This document shows positions 41,852 through 52,300 of a stretch of 56,970 nt of DNA, one piece after another. The DNA is taken from IMG/VR virus record IMGVR_UViG_3300049436_000157, positions 1 through 56,970 of that record, one strand, 5' to 3'. Both the position numbers and the translations under genes were made by a program. Within the stretch, counting starts at the first letter, position 1. Each line of letters begins with the position of its first letter. The stretch is from a virus (lineage: Duplodnaviria > Caudoviricetes). The notes under the pieces were generated by a model. It was not told where the DNA came from. It worked only from the letters and a program-made list of their open reading frames with translations, and did not search any database.

Positions 41852-44562
41852 CGATCTCCAGAAAGCAGCTGTATGCGGCCGGCGAGCCGTTCGGCAATTC
41901 ATGCACCCGGTTCGATGGCTGCCGGCGCGTCTATGGTGGCGGCGGTTCGGATGGTGGCAGCAACAACTACTACGCCAACCAGGACCGCCTGCTCGGCGTC
42001 CAGGCTGACATCGCCCAGGGAATCTACAACGACATCTACCAGCCGAACGCCCCGGGCGCTGTGGCCAAGTTGGCGGGAATGGTCGATGAGGCGAACAGCG
42101 GGGCGCTGACCCAGAGAGCGCGGGATACCGCCGGCGCCGATGCTGGGCAGGCGCTCGGCGATGGGATCGCCGCGTCGAACCGGAACCTTGCCCGCTACGG
42201 CCTGGACCCGCATCGTTTTGCCGGCGACAGCAACTCGATCGCCCTGGGCGGCGCCGCCATGAAGGCGGAGGGGATGAACAAGGCGCAGCAGTGGGGGGAG
42301 GGGCAGAAGTGGGGCCGTACCTACGACTTCTACAATGCGTTGTCGGGCATCCCATCCCAGGCCTCGGCTTCTCTTGGAAGCGCAGCTGCAGGCTATGGAA
42401 CGATGGGGCGCGGTGCGGATGACAACGCCAACGCCAATGCGGCCGGATGGGGTAAGGCCGGCGGGTTCATTGGCCGGTCTCTGTTTGCGGCCCGTGGCGG
42501 CAAGGTGTCGAAGCGTGGCGATCGGGCAGCAATCGTTCGTCGAGGCGTCAAGCCGGTGGCCATGGCCTGCGGCGGCAAGGTCAAGAAGGGCGTGGTGCAC
42601 ATGGCTGCCGGAGGCCTGATGAAGTTGCCCGACTGGAGAACCAGGCCGTCTAATGTCCGCTCCGGAGGTGGCGCCAATCCGATGGAGGCCTTCATGACGT
42701 CGGCGGCATTGGCGGCAGGCGGCCAGGCGGTGAAGGGCATCGGCAAGCAGGTGTTGCGCGGGGCATTCGACAAGATGACGTCGCAGGCGCCCGCGCCGGT
42801 CTCTACCGCTACACCGGCAGCCGTGCAGAACCCCGGTGTGGCTACCGCTTCCGAGCAGGGCGCGAATGGCCTCGGCGACACGGCAGACGCCACCCAGGCC
42901 GCGGCCCCGGTTACCACGGCGACCACCACGCCGGTTGAAGGGGCGACTACCGGCGTGGAAGGTGCCACCCCCTACGGGGCCATCCTGAATGCGGGCATCA
43001 ACATCGCCAACGGCCAGGATGTGGGCTCGTCGGTTGCCAACGCCGCGGGCAGCTACGCGGGTGCGGAGGCTGGTGCACAGGTGGGCACGGCCATCATGCC
43101 GGGGGTGGGGACCGTGGTCGGCGGCCTGGCGGGCGGTCTGCTGGGCGGTTCGTTCTTCGCCAAGGGCGGGAAGGTTGCCGCCATCCAGCGCGGCATCCAC
43201 CGCCAGGACATGACCCCGGGCGGCAAGGTGTCGGGCCCGGGCGGCCCCACCGAGGACAAGGTACCGGCACAGCTATCCGATGGGGAGGTAGTCGAGAGCG
43301 CGGCCGCCGTCAATCTGCCGGTTAGCGAAACGCAGAAGATCATCCAGAAGTGGGCGCAATCGGGCGGGACTACCGAGGATCTGCTGATCGGCATCAACGA
43401 TGCCGGGCAGGAGCGCGGTGGCGATGCTCAGACCACGATCCAGGCCGACGGTATTCATGCGGCCGGAGGCCTTGGCGTTGCCATGGGCGCGGCGGTGGAC
43501 GAGATCAACCGGCAGAAGGAGCAGGAACGTCAGGACAAGGCTTCGTCCCGTGCCGATGAGCAACTGGACGTCCTCAAGAAGACTGCAGCCCAAGAGCAGG
43601 AACTGCGCGGCATCAAGATCAAGGAAGCCACCCAGGCGCAGGACGAGGCGACAGCCGTCCGCGAACACCTGAAGTCGTGGCAGCAGGGGCGCCAGAAGAT
43701 TCTGGCAGGTGATATGTCGCCGTTCGCTGCGGAGGTGGAGAACTACAACCGCAATGCGGATGCCTACGCCGACGGGAATCAGCTGGTAGCCCAGAACACG
43801 CCAAACGGCCCAGTTCTGAATCACATTGATGCGCAAGGGCGCGTCATGAATACCTACACCCCCGATCAAGGGCTGACGCTGTTCGATGCCGGCATGGCCA
43901 AGAAACTGCAGTTCCTGTCTCCGCACTACTTCGAAGCGGCGCAGAAAGCTTCAGCCGAGGCGGCGCAGAAGAAGGCCGAGATGGATAGCCGCGAGAAGAT
44001 CGCCACCATCGGCGCGGAATCCCACCGGTACACCGCCGACAAGACCTACGAGGTGGGCATGAAGAATGCAGATGCCCATCGGATATCTGCGGGGGCATCC
44101 GCGGCGCAGGCGGGCATTGCTGCCGACAAGTGGCGGATGGAGAAGCCGGCCGCGCAGACCGATGCCCAGTTGGCGGCCACCCTGGGAACGATGAGGATTG
44201 CGGCGGCCAACGAGACGGACCCCGCGGCCCGGGCGGCGATCAACGATCGCATTGCCGCAATCACCGTCGGTACTGGCGCCGGGAAGGACGCGCCAGCCGA
44301 GGTGAAGCTGTCCCAGGCTTTCATGCGCTCCGGGTTGGCCAAGACTGAAGCCGACGCACTGCGCATGGCAACCCACGCCAAGGATCTGTCGCCGGAGAAG
44401 ATGCGCTTCGAGTTGATGAAGGGGGCGCTGCAATCCACGATGGGCGATCAGAAGCGCTCCGAGAAGATGGTGGAGGAGTCAATGCGGTTCCTTGGTCAGG
44501 GCGCGGCACCAGCGCCCGCCGCGAGCCAGAAGCCCGGCTGGGGAATCAAGCCGATTCCTTGA
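41848..44562 (+). CDS. Internal virion/ejection protein
   Basis: Gly/Ala/Gln rich; glycine-zipper segment; repeated AxGGKV; GPGGPTEDKVPA-x-LSDGE motif. Confidence 0.75.
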   Translation: MTISRKQLYAAGEPFGNSCTRFDGCRRVYGGGGSDGGSNNYYANQDRLLGVQADIAQGIYNDIYQPNAPGAVAKLAGMVDEANSGALTQRARDTAGADAGQALGDGIAASNRNLARYGLDPHRFAGDSNSIALGGAAMKAEGMNKAQQWGEGQKWGRTYDFYNALSGIPSQASASLGSAAAGYGTMGRGADDNANANAAGWGKAGGFIGRSLFAARGGKVSKRGDRAAIVRRGVKPVAMACGGKVKKGVVHMAAGGLMKLPDWRTRPSNVRSGGGANPMEAFMTSAALAAGGQAVKGIGKQVLRGAFDKMTSQAPAPVSTATPAAVQNPGVATASEQGANGLGDTADATQAAAPVTTATTTPVEGATTGVEGATPYGAILNAGINIANGQDVGSSVANAAGSYAGAEAGAQVGTAIMPGVGTVVGGLAGGLLGGSFFAKGGKVAAIQRGIHRQDMTPGGKVSGPGGPTEDKVPAQLSDGEVVESAAAVNLPVSETQKIIQKWAQSGGTTEDLLIGINDAGQERGGDAQTTIQADGIHAAGGLGVAMGAAVDEINRQKEQERQDKASSRADEQLDVLKKTAAQEQELRGIKIKEATQAQDEATAVREHLKSWQQGRQKILAGDMSPFAAEVENYNRNADAYADGNQLVAQNTPNGPVLNHIDAQGRVMNTYTPDQGLTLFDAGMAKKLQFLSPHYFEAAQKASAEAAQKKAEMDSREKIATIGAESHRYTADKTYEVGMKNADAHRISAGASAAQAGIAADKWRMEKPAAQTDAQLAATLGTMRIAAANETDPAARAAINDRIAAITVGTGAGKDAPAEVKLSQAFMRSGLAKTEADALRMATHAKDLSPEKMRFELMKGALQSTMGDQKRSEKMVEESMRFLGQGAAPAPAASQKPGWGIKPIP

Positions 44563-44623
44563 TAGGACCGTCGCCCAATGCAAGGGTGTTGCTTTTTCAC
44601 GATTGACGAATAGGAGTATCGAT

Positions 44624-46129
44624 ATGGGGCAACTTCAGGAAACGATGTTCCGTGAGTATCCATTTGTGGTCAGGGACGTGACGGCTGCGCAATTTGCTGT
44701 TCTTTCAGCAAGCGCTCCTCAGAATCCTGGGGTGATGTACCGGGTCGATGGAGCGTTCGTGTATCGCTACAACGGTACAACGTGGGTTGACCACGCCGCG
44801 GAGCATGCGGCGATGGGTGCCGACTATCGACAGATAGGCGTATCAGTCGCCGGTGTAACGTCGATGTGCCTTTTCGACCAACTTCAGACTGGCGAGTTTG
44901 TTTGTGGCGACACCGACAATGGTGACTGGGGACGGAAGCTGTTCCTGTTCTCCGGTAACCCATTGACGAAGGCAGGAACAGTCACGGCGCTGGCTCAGAC
45001 GAGCTGCACTGCTGGTAACGGACTCAAGGACACGGCGGGCAATGCGGTTCCGTTCGACTCGGCAACCAAGATCGTCAATGCTTGGGCAGTATCGAACGGT
45101 GACATCTATTTCCTGACGTTCGATACCGGCTTGAAAAATCACCTGTGGCGGGCGAAGGCTGGAACCTACACCGTTGGCTCCGATGCCGCCTACAGCAACA
45201 AGCAGGCATGCGTCGACCTCGGTCTGCACTCCGGGGTCCAGTCGACAAACATCCGCTCGCTCTCGCACCGGACATTCCTGGAGGCCACCGTTGGCGGCGC
45301 GTCCCATTTATTCCTGTGCGAGTACAACGTGAACGGTGCTCGCACCCCGGGTTCAGGTGGGGCTGGCGCTGACCAGGCCGTCGTGTGGAGATCCACGGAC
45401 GGCGGAAATACCTGGGCGATTTTCATGGAATTCAACACTGGCGGCGCGCATCAGGCCGCCCACTTCCACGGCGCAGTCCAAGACCCCTATACCGGCTGGA
45501 TCTATTTCATGCTGGGCGATTTCACCACCGAGCCGGCGCTAATTGCATACAACGGGACGGCGTCGGCTCTGGCGGCAAATACCCCGTATGCCACCATTGC
45601 GACGACGCCTGGATACAAAGTCATCTCCGGGTCTGAATTGAACCGGTATTGCGACCTGTGTTTCTCTGATGCTGGAATCTTCTCGATCCCCGACTCGGAC
45701 TCCGAGGGAGCTGACACATCAGCAACGTCCTACGTGTCGACGCTCATTCCAAGGACGCTCGACTATGTGATGTCCAAGAGTGCAGTGGAGAGGGCGACTA
45801 ACGCCCCGCCGGTGATCGCCGCGAAGGGCCAGGATTTCGCCCTGTTCGCCAGCTTCTTCAGTTCCAGTGGAGACTCCAAGCGCCACAATATTTGGGCGGC
45901 GGATTCAAAAACGGGCGGCTGGACACTCGTCGCCAAGATCAAGAACAACTCTGCAGCCGCAACCTGTGTTCCTGCGAACTTCTTCGTCGACAAGCTCAAT
46001 CCGGACAACATCTGGCTTTCGTTCGGGTACGCCCAGGGCGGGTACGTCACCGCAGCTTCGCAGAGTGGAAGTAGCGTTTTGTTAAATCCATCACGGCGCG
46101 GTGGAGTTGTCACGTATGCGGCCAGTTGA
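44624..46129 (+). CDS. BNR/sialidase-like beta-propeller protein
   Basis: AGGAG SD; Asp-box VWRSTDGGNTW; HFHGAVQDPYTG. Confidence 0.75.
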   Translation: MGQLQETMFREYPFVVRDVTAAQFAVLSASAPQNPGVMYRVDGAFVYRYNGTTWVDHAAEHAAMGADYRQIGVSVAGVTSMCLFDQLQTGEFVCGDTDNGDWGRKLFLFSGNPLTKAGTVTALAQTSCTAGNGLKDTAGNAVPFDSATKIVNAWAVSNGDIYFLTFDTGLKNHLWRAKAGTYTVGSDAAYSNKQACVDLGLHSGVQSTNIRSLSHRTFLEATVGGASHLFLCEYNVNGARTPGSGGAGADQAVVWRSTDGGNTWAIFMEFNTGGAHQAAHFHGAVQDPYTGWIYFMLGDFTTEPALIAYNGTASALAANTPYATIATTPGYKVISGSELNRYCDLCFSDAGIFSIPDSDSEGADTSATSYVSTLIPRTLDYVMSKSAVERATNAPPVIAAKGQDFALFASFFSSSGDSKRHNIWAADSKTGGWTLVAKIKNNSAAATCVPANFFVDKLNPDNIWLSFGYAQGGYVTAASQSGSSVLLNPSRRGGVVTYAAS

Positions 46130-46317
46130 TCCCAGTGAGCACGTCCCCGCATTGCCGCCAGTGCCCGCGGGCCGAATGCTCGGCGCAGATACCGACCGAC
46201 GCCGAGGTGGCGTTCGTGGCCGAGTTTGGCGAACAGCCGGATGGGCCAGTGCGGCATCTGTGGGAAGCCGCTCTTGCGATCTGGTGCCGTGCGTGGCTGG
46301 CTTGCATTGGTAGGTAG
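46126..46317 (+). CDS. Possible small Cys-containing protein
   Basis: TTGA overlap with the upstream stop; CRQCPRAEC. Confidence 0.35.
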   Translation: MIPVSTSPHCRQCPRAECSAQIPTDAEVAFVAEFGEQPDGPVRHLWEAALAIWCRAWLACIGR

Positions 46318-46344
46318 AGTAGGTGGCAGGGACTAAGTAGACAG

Positions 46345-46366
46345 TCGCCCCATGCGTGGCAGAGTC
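46345..46366 (+). promoter_or_regulatory. Late-gene motif, copy 5
   Basis: TCGCCCCATGCGTGGCAGAGTC, about 30 bp upstream of the giant gene. Confidence 0.6.
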
Positions 46367-46392
46367 GCCGCATTCCATAGTGGGGTGCGACG

Positions 46393-49300
46393 ATGGCTCG
46401 ATACGAGATCACTTCTCCCGACGGGCGCCGGTTCGAGGTAACGGCGCCCGACGACGCCGGCCAGGACGATGTTCTGGCCTACGCCCAATCGAATTTCGGC
46501 AGCAAAGATCAGGACGGTGGTGGGCGCTCCGTTCTCGATGTCGTTTCGGCCGGTATCCACGGAATCGTTGACGATGTGCGCGGCGGAATATCCAGGATCG
46601 ACGCCAGGCGGCGCGAGGAATCGATTGCTCGCAGCAATGCGGCCAATCAAGAAATGCTGGCCACCAGCAGAGCATCCGGAACCTCTGCTGAACTCGAGCG
46701 TCAGGCGTTGGCCAAAGACGCGGCAGCCAGGTACCAAAATGATCCGGTGAAGCGCGGAATCGACTTCGGCCGTGATCTTGCATTGAGCAGTGCGCAAGGG
46801 GTAGTCGGACTAGGCGAGGCGGCCGTCGGTATCGGCGATCTGGCCACCGGCTGGACCGGATATACGCCGGGCCAGGCGCTGAAGGATACCGTTGGGTACG
46901 ATCCAGAGCGCACCAAGTCTTCGATCATTGGCGACCTGAAGAGCGATTCCGGCAAGGCCCGGGATGCAATCTACCAGGGCACCAAGGGATTCACCGAGAC
47001 ACTGCTGACCCTGGGCGCCGATCCGGCAATGCTGGCCGACAAGATCACCGAGTCGCTGGCGGGAACGGTTGGGGCTGGCGCCATCGGCGGCAAGGTGGTG
47101 CAGATGGCGCTGCCCAGGGTCACAGCTGCCGCGTCGGCGGCCGGGTTGTCTGGGGCCGAAGCCGAGGCCTTTATTGCCGACCGCCTGGCCAAGATCGCCA
47201 TTGGTGCCTCTGCTGGTGCGGAAGGGGCGCAGCAGGCTGGCAACCTCGCGGAGACAGCGCGCCAAGGGGGGAAGTCTTGGCGTGACTACGCGCTGCCGGC
47301 CATTGCCTCCGGGATTGGCACGGGCGCCATTGCCGCCGGTTCTGGCGCCTTGGCCAAGAAGATCGGTATCGGCGACATCGAATCGGACATTGCCCTGCGC
47401 GGGCAGCGGCCGGGCCTCAAGACTGACCATGGGTTCGCCGTGAATCGTGCCGCCATCGAGGGCATCAAAGAGGGTTCCCTGGAGGAGATGCCGCAGTCCG
47501 TCCAGGAATCGGCCTGGGAGAACGTCGCCATGGGGCGGCCGTGGGACGAGGGGCTGGGCAAGGCTGCGGCCTCTGGCCTGGCAACTGGCGCAGGAATGGG
47601 TGGCGGTCACGCCGCGGTCAGCCGGCCATCGGAGTCAGTACCATCCGAGCCGCTGGCAAATACCGCAGGCGGGGGTAATGCAATCCATGCGGGTGATGTG
47701 CTCGGCTCGCCGGTGGTTGAGGCTTCGCCGGGAGCGGGTAGTGCGCCGGCGGTGGCCGCCGTGCCGACGGAATCCGACAAGGCGCTCTACACGCCCAAGA
47801 GCCTGACGGCCCTCGACAGGGTTCAGGAAATCGACATGCGCCTGGCGGCGCCCGATCTTGCCCAGGGCGAGGCCCAGTCGCTGAGCGCGGAACGGGACGG
47901 AATCACGGCGTCCTGGCCCACGGCAACGCCAGGCGTGCCCACGTCCTTTTCCACGGAGACCGGAGCCCGCATCAACGGCCAGTACGCCCTGATGGAAGCC
48001 GGAGACCTGACCACTTCCCACGACGAGAACCTGCGGCCGGTCGGCACGTACCCGGTGGAGCTTCAGCCCCGCGAGCGGGAACGCCATGCCTCGGAGATGC
48101 AGGTCCAGCAGATCGTCGGCAAACTGGATCCGGCCCGGCTGGGCGAATCGGCAGACGCCGCCACCGGCGCGCCGATCGTTGGTGCCGACGGGCTGGTGGA
48201 ATCCGGAAACGCCCGGACCATTGCCCTGAAGCGCGTCTACCAGGCCAACGGCCAGAAGGCGCTCGACTACCGGCAGTTCCTGAAGGACAACGCCGGGCGC
48301 TTCGGTATCACACCAGAATCCGTCGATGCCCTGCAGAAGCCTGTGCTGGTGCGGGTGCGCAGCACCCCGGTGAATCGGGCCGAGTTCGCGCGCCAGGCCA
48401 ACGCCTCGACCGTGGCGCGCATGAGCCCGTCCGAGCAGGCGAGGTCCGACGCCGCGGCGATCGACAGCCTGGACGACCTGAACCCGGACGACGCGGGAGA
48501 TTTCACGTCCGGAAGCTCGCGGCCGTTTATCCGCCGCTTCCTGGCCAAGTTGCCAGGCACCGAGCAGGCCGGCATGATCGACGCCGGCGGGCAACTCTCC
48601 CAGGCCGGCTATGCGCGGATCCGCAATGCGGTGCTGGCCAAGGCCTACGGCGACTCGCCAGTGCTGCTGCGCATGGTGGAAAGCCTCGACAACAACCTGC
48701 GCAACGTCACGGCCGGCCTGATGCGCGTGGCTCCCCAGGTGGCCAAGGCCCGCGAGGCCATCGCCGATGGCGCCCTGTTCGATGCCGACATCACCCAGGA
48801 TCTGATGGCCGCCGTCGAGGAGCTGGCGACCTTGCGCGACAAGGGCACCTCGGTGGCCGACTACCTGGCGCAGTCCAGCATGTTCGGCGACAGCCTGTCG
48901 CCGGAGGGCCGCGAGCTTCTGATGTTCCTCGCGGACAATATCCGCAGTCCCCGGCGCATCGCCGAATTCATCCAAGCATACCTTGAAGCCCTGACGGCCG
49001 CCGGCAACCCGGCCCAGGGCTCCGTGTTCGGCGAGCAGCAGGCGCCGGCCAAGGCCGATCTCATGGCTGCCGCTGCAAGGAGTCAAGGCGATGCCAAGCA
49101 ACCAGGATCCACTGATGCCGGTCAAGTTGCCGGGAACCAAGGCGCTATTGGACAAGGTGAAGGCCAGCCCGCGAATCAGGCAGGCGATCCGCGCGGCGCT
49201 CAAGGCGATGCGGGCGCCAGCGAATGGGTAGCCTTCCCGCCTGAGAGCGGCACGCTCGGCATCCCCCGGGCGGACATGCCACAGATCAAGGGCGAGCACC

Positions 49301-52300
49301 GTGGCGCGTTGATACAGTTCCTGGCTGGGCAGGGGATCACCCACGAGACCGTGGAGATGACGGCCGACCAATTGAAGCCGACCCAGGCCGAGTTTTCCAC
49401 CAAGAAGGCGGAGGGTTGGAAGGAGGTCCGCGAGGGTTCCGACCGATCTGTGCTGGCCTCGTCGGACGGGTACATCCTGGATGGCCATCACCAGTGGGTG
49501 GCCGCGCTGGCCCAGGGAGAGACCGAGAAGGTGATCCTGTTCAATGCGCCGATCCGGGAACTGCTGGCGGCGACGTACCAATTCCCGAGCGCCAAGCGGT
49601 CAGATGGCGCAACGGTGTCGGAACTGAGATCCAAGTCGCGCCAGGACTTCAAGGACGCGCTGGCAGACCTCGCTCAGATTGCGACCCGCCACACCCGGGC
49701 GGCGATGATGCCCGAGGACACGCCGAACCTGATGCCTACCTTGGTTCGTCTATTCGACGCCGGCATCAAGGAGGTTGGCTACGGCCTCCAGGATCTGATT
49801 GCCTACGTGAAGAAGGCGCTACGCGCCGACGAGAAGCTCAGGACGTTCTGGAACAAGATCGACAACGCGACCTATCGCAAGGCCGCGAAGCAGGCGATAG
49901 ACCAGGAGAGCACGCAGCGCGTTGATGACCTGTTCGCCGCGGCCACGTCACGCAAAGAAGACATCGGCGAGACCGGAAATGAGCCCAAGGGGGATGTCTC
50001 CAATAGCGACCAGCAGGCAGCGGAGACGGATGGTTCGGAAGTCTATCTCAGCGAGAACCTTTCCCAGGAGTCTAGGCAAGGTAAGGAAACGCCTGGAACT
50101 TTAAATAGCGGAGACGCTACCGAGTCAGGCACAACCACAGACGCTGTGGCAGAAGCGAACTCCCCGATCGAGATCATCCAGAGGGTGGCGAAGTCCCGGC
50201 CGTTCGATAAGTTCGATGAGGTCCGGTCATCGGCCTTCGACCAATTGCGAGAGAAGACCGGGAAGGATGCTGCCGACCACGATGAATTGCGCGGGTCCAT
50301 GATGCGCGATCCGGTGGCAGAGGCTATCCACGAGGGGCAGTTTCAGGGGCAAGTCGAGTACGCGAAAACCCTGCCGGTACACATCTCGCCGACGGCTATC
50401 TCCATGCACGATGCGGCGGCAGCCTTCAGTGGAACCTCTCATTCTCCCGAGCAGAGAGGCGCCGGAGTTCGGCGCGGGCTGTTCCAGGACCTGCTATCGC
50501 TCTGGCGGATGTTCGAAGTCAAGTACCAGGCCACTGACGCCCAGAAACAAGCCGAATTCGCAAAGGCCTTCGACGATGTGGCAGCGCGCTACACGGACCT
50601 GACGCGGGCCTATCTCGCTTCACACGGGCGCGTCATGTCGGCCATGATTGTTGGGCCGGCGAGGTTCCCGGTGGCCGCCAACCTGAAGCGCTCTGATGCA
50701 GCCAGCCGCCGGGCGCAGGACGCCAGTGACTACCTGGCCAAGGCGCCGCGCATGCTCGAGCGTGTGCTGCATGGTGCCACGGACAATTCAGTGTCGTCCC
50801 AACTGGCCGAGGCCAGGCAGAAACTAGCCGAACGCGAGAAGCTGCAGGAGACCATGAAGGCCGCCAACGCAGCCATCAGAAAGGGCGATGATGAGGCCCT
50901 GCGGGGGCTTGGGTTTGACGATGACCGGATCGCTCAGCTCAAGAAGCCGGACTTCTCCGGACGACGCGGATTTGCCGACTATCATCTTGCCAACAACAAC
51001 GCCGAGATCAAGCGCATCCGCCAGCGCGTGGAAGACTTGCAGGCCCGCGCCGCGGAGGCGGATGCCGAAACGGAGTCGGGTCGGCAGGTAGCACCTGGTG
51101 TGCGCATGGTCAAGAACACCCAGGACAACCGGCTGCAGCTGTTCTTCGATGGCAAGCCGGCAGATGATGTCCGAGCAGACCTTCGGGCGAATGGGTTCAA
51201 GTGGGCGCCATCGGTATCTGCTTGGCAGCGGCAGTTGACCGCGAACGCCATCTCATCCGCAGAGCGCATTGTCGGTAAGCACTTCGGAACGACTGATGAT
51301 GCCGGCGCCGATGTGGCGCCCGTGTCATTCTTGGCGCGGAGTGGTGACGATGCCTCCGGCCCTGCACTGGCCATCGGTCGTGAGAACGCGGAATCCGTGG
51401 TCAACGACGTCAGAACGTCTTTCGGCCCGGATGCTCGCTTCCAATTGCATCTGGTGGAGTCGTTCGATGCGCTTCCGGCGGATGCGCAGCAGGATGCCCG
51501 CGACCAAGGCGGAAACGAGCGCAACACCAAGGGCCTCATTCATCGTGACGGTTCAATCTGGGTGATCCGGACGAACCATTCTACCGCCGCTGATCTGGAG
51601 GAAACCGTACTCCATGAACTGCGCGGCCACCTGGGAACGCGCAAGCTGTTCGGTAGGTCGTTCGTGACTCAGCTCAACAACCTCTTTGATCGGCTCGGTG
51701 GATGGGGTGGGTTGAAGACGCTGGCCAGGAAGTATGGCGAACAGGATGCGATCGAGACCTACCGGAAGTCACTCTTCATTCCCGGAAAGGCGCCTGACTG
51801 GGATCTGGAGGTGAAGATAGCGGTGCTGACCGACGAGTTGATGGCGCGTATCGCTCAACGTCGTCCCTCCATTGCCACGACGATGAAGGAGATCATCGGA
51901 GGAATCCGTCACGCTCTCCGCAAGCATGGGCTGGCTCAGCTTGCCGATTATGGCGACACGGATCTGGCCTACCTGATCAAGCGTGGAACCGAGGCGCTGC
52001 GCAATCCGGAAACGCCGGGCGGATACACGGTGTTGAACCGAGACACGAATCCGCGACGCGGACCTACCGGAGAAGATATTGAGAAAATCCGGTCTCGCTT
52101 CTCATGGAACGCCACCGGAAAGAACGAGACCGGCCCCATGTTCTCTGGCGAATCTTTCTCTCTGGAGCCTGTAACGAAAGTCGAATTCGGTTCAGACGTC
52201 ACGGACTTTCCTGAAAGCGGGGAATGGCCTCTTGGCCATGCCCGAGCTGTCGAAAATTCGGATGGAGTCTTCTGGTTCGAGATTCGTGACAGGTCAGACG

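Noticed and set aside
49922-50104. A fourth nested +1 ORF in the giant gene
   Set aside because: No well-spaced SD and an Arg/Ser-rich, shadow-like composition.
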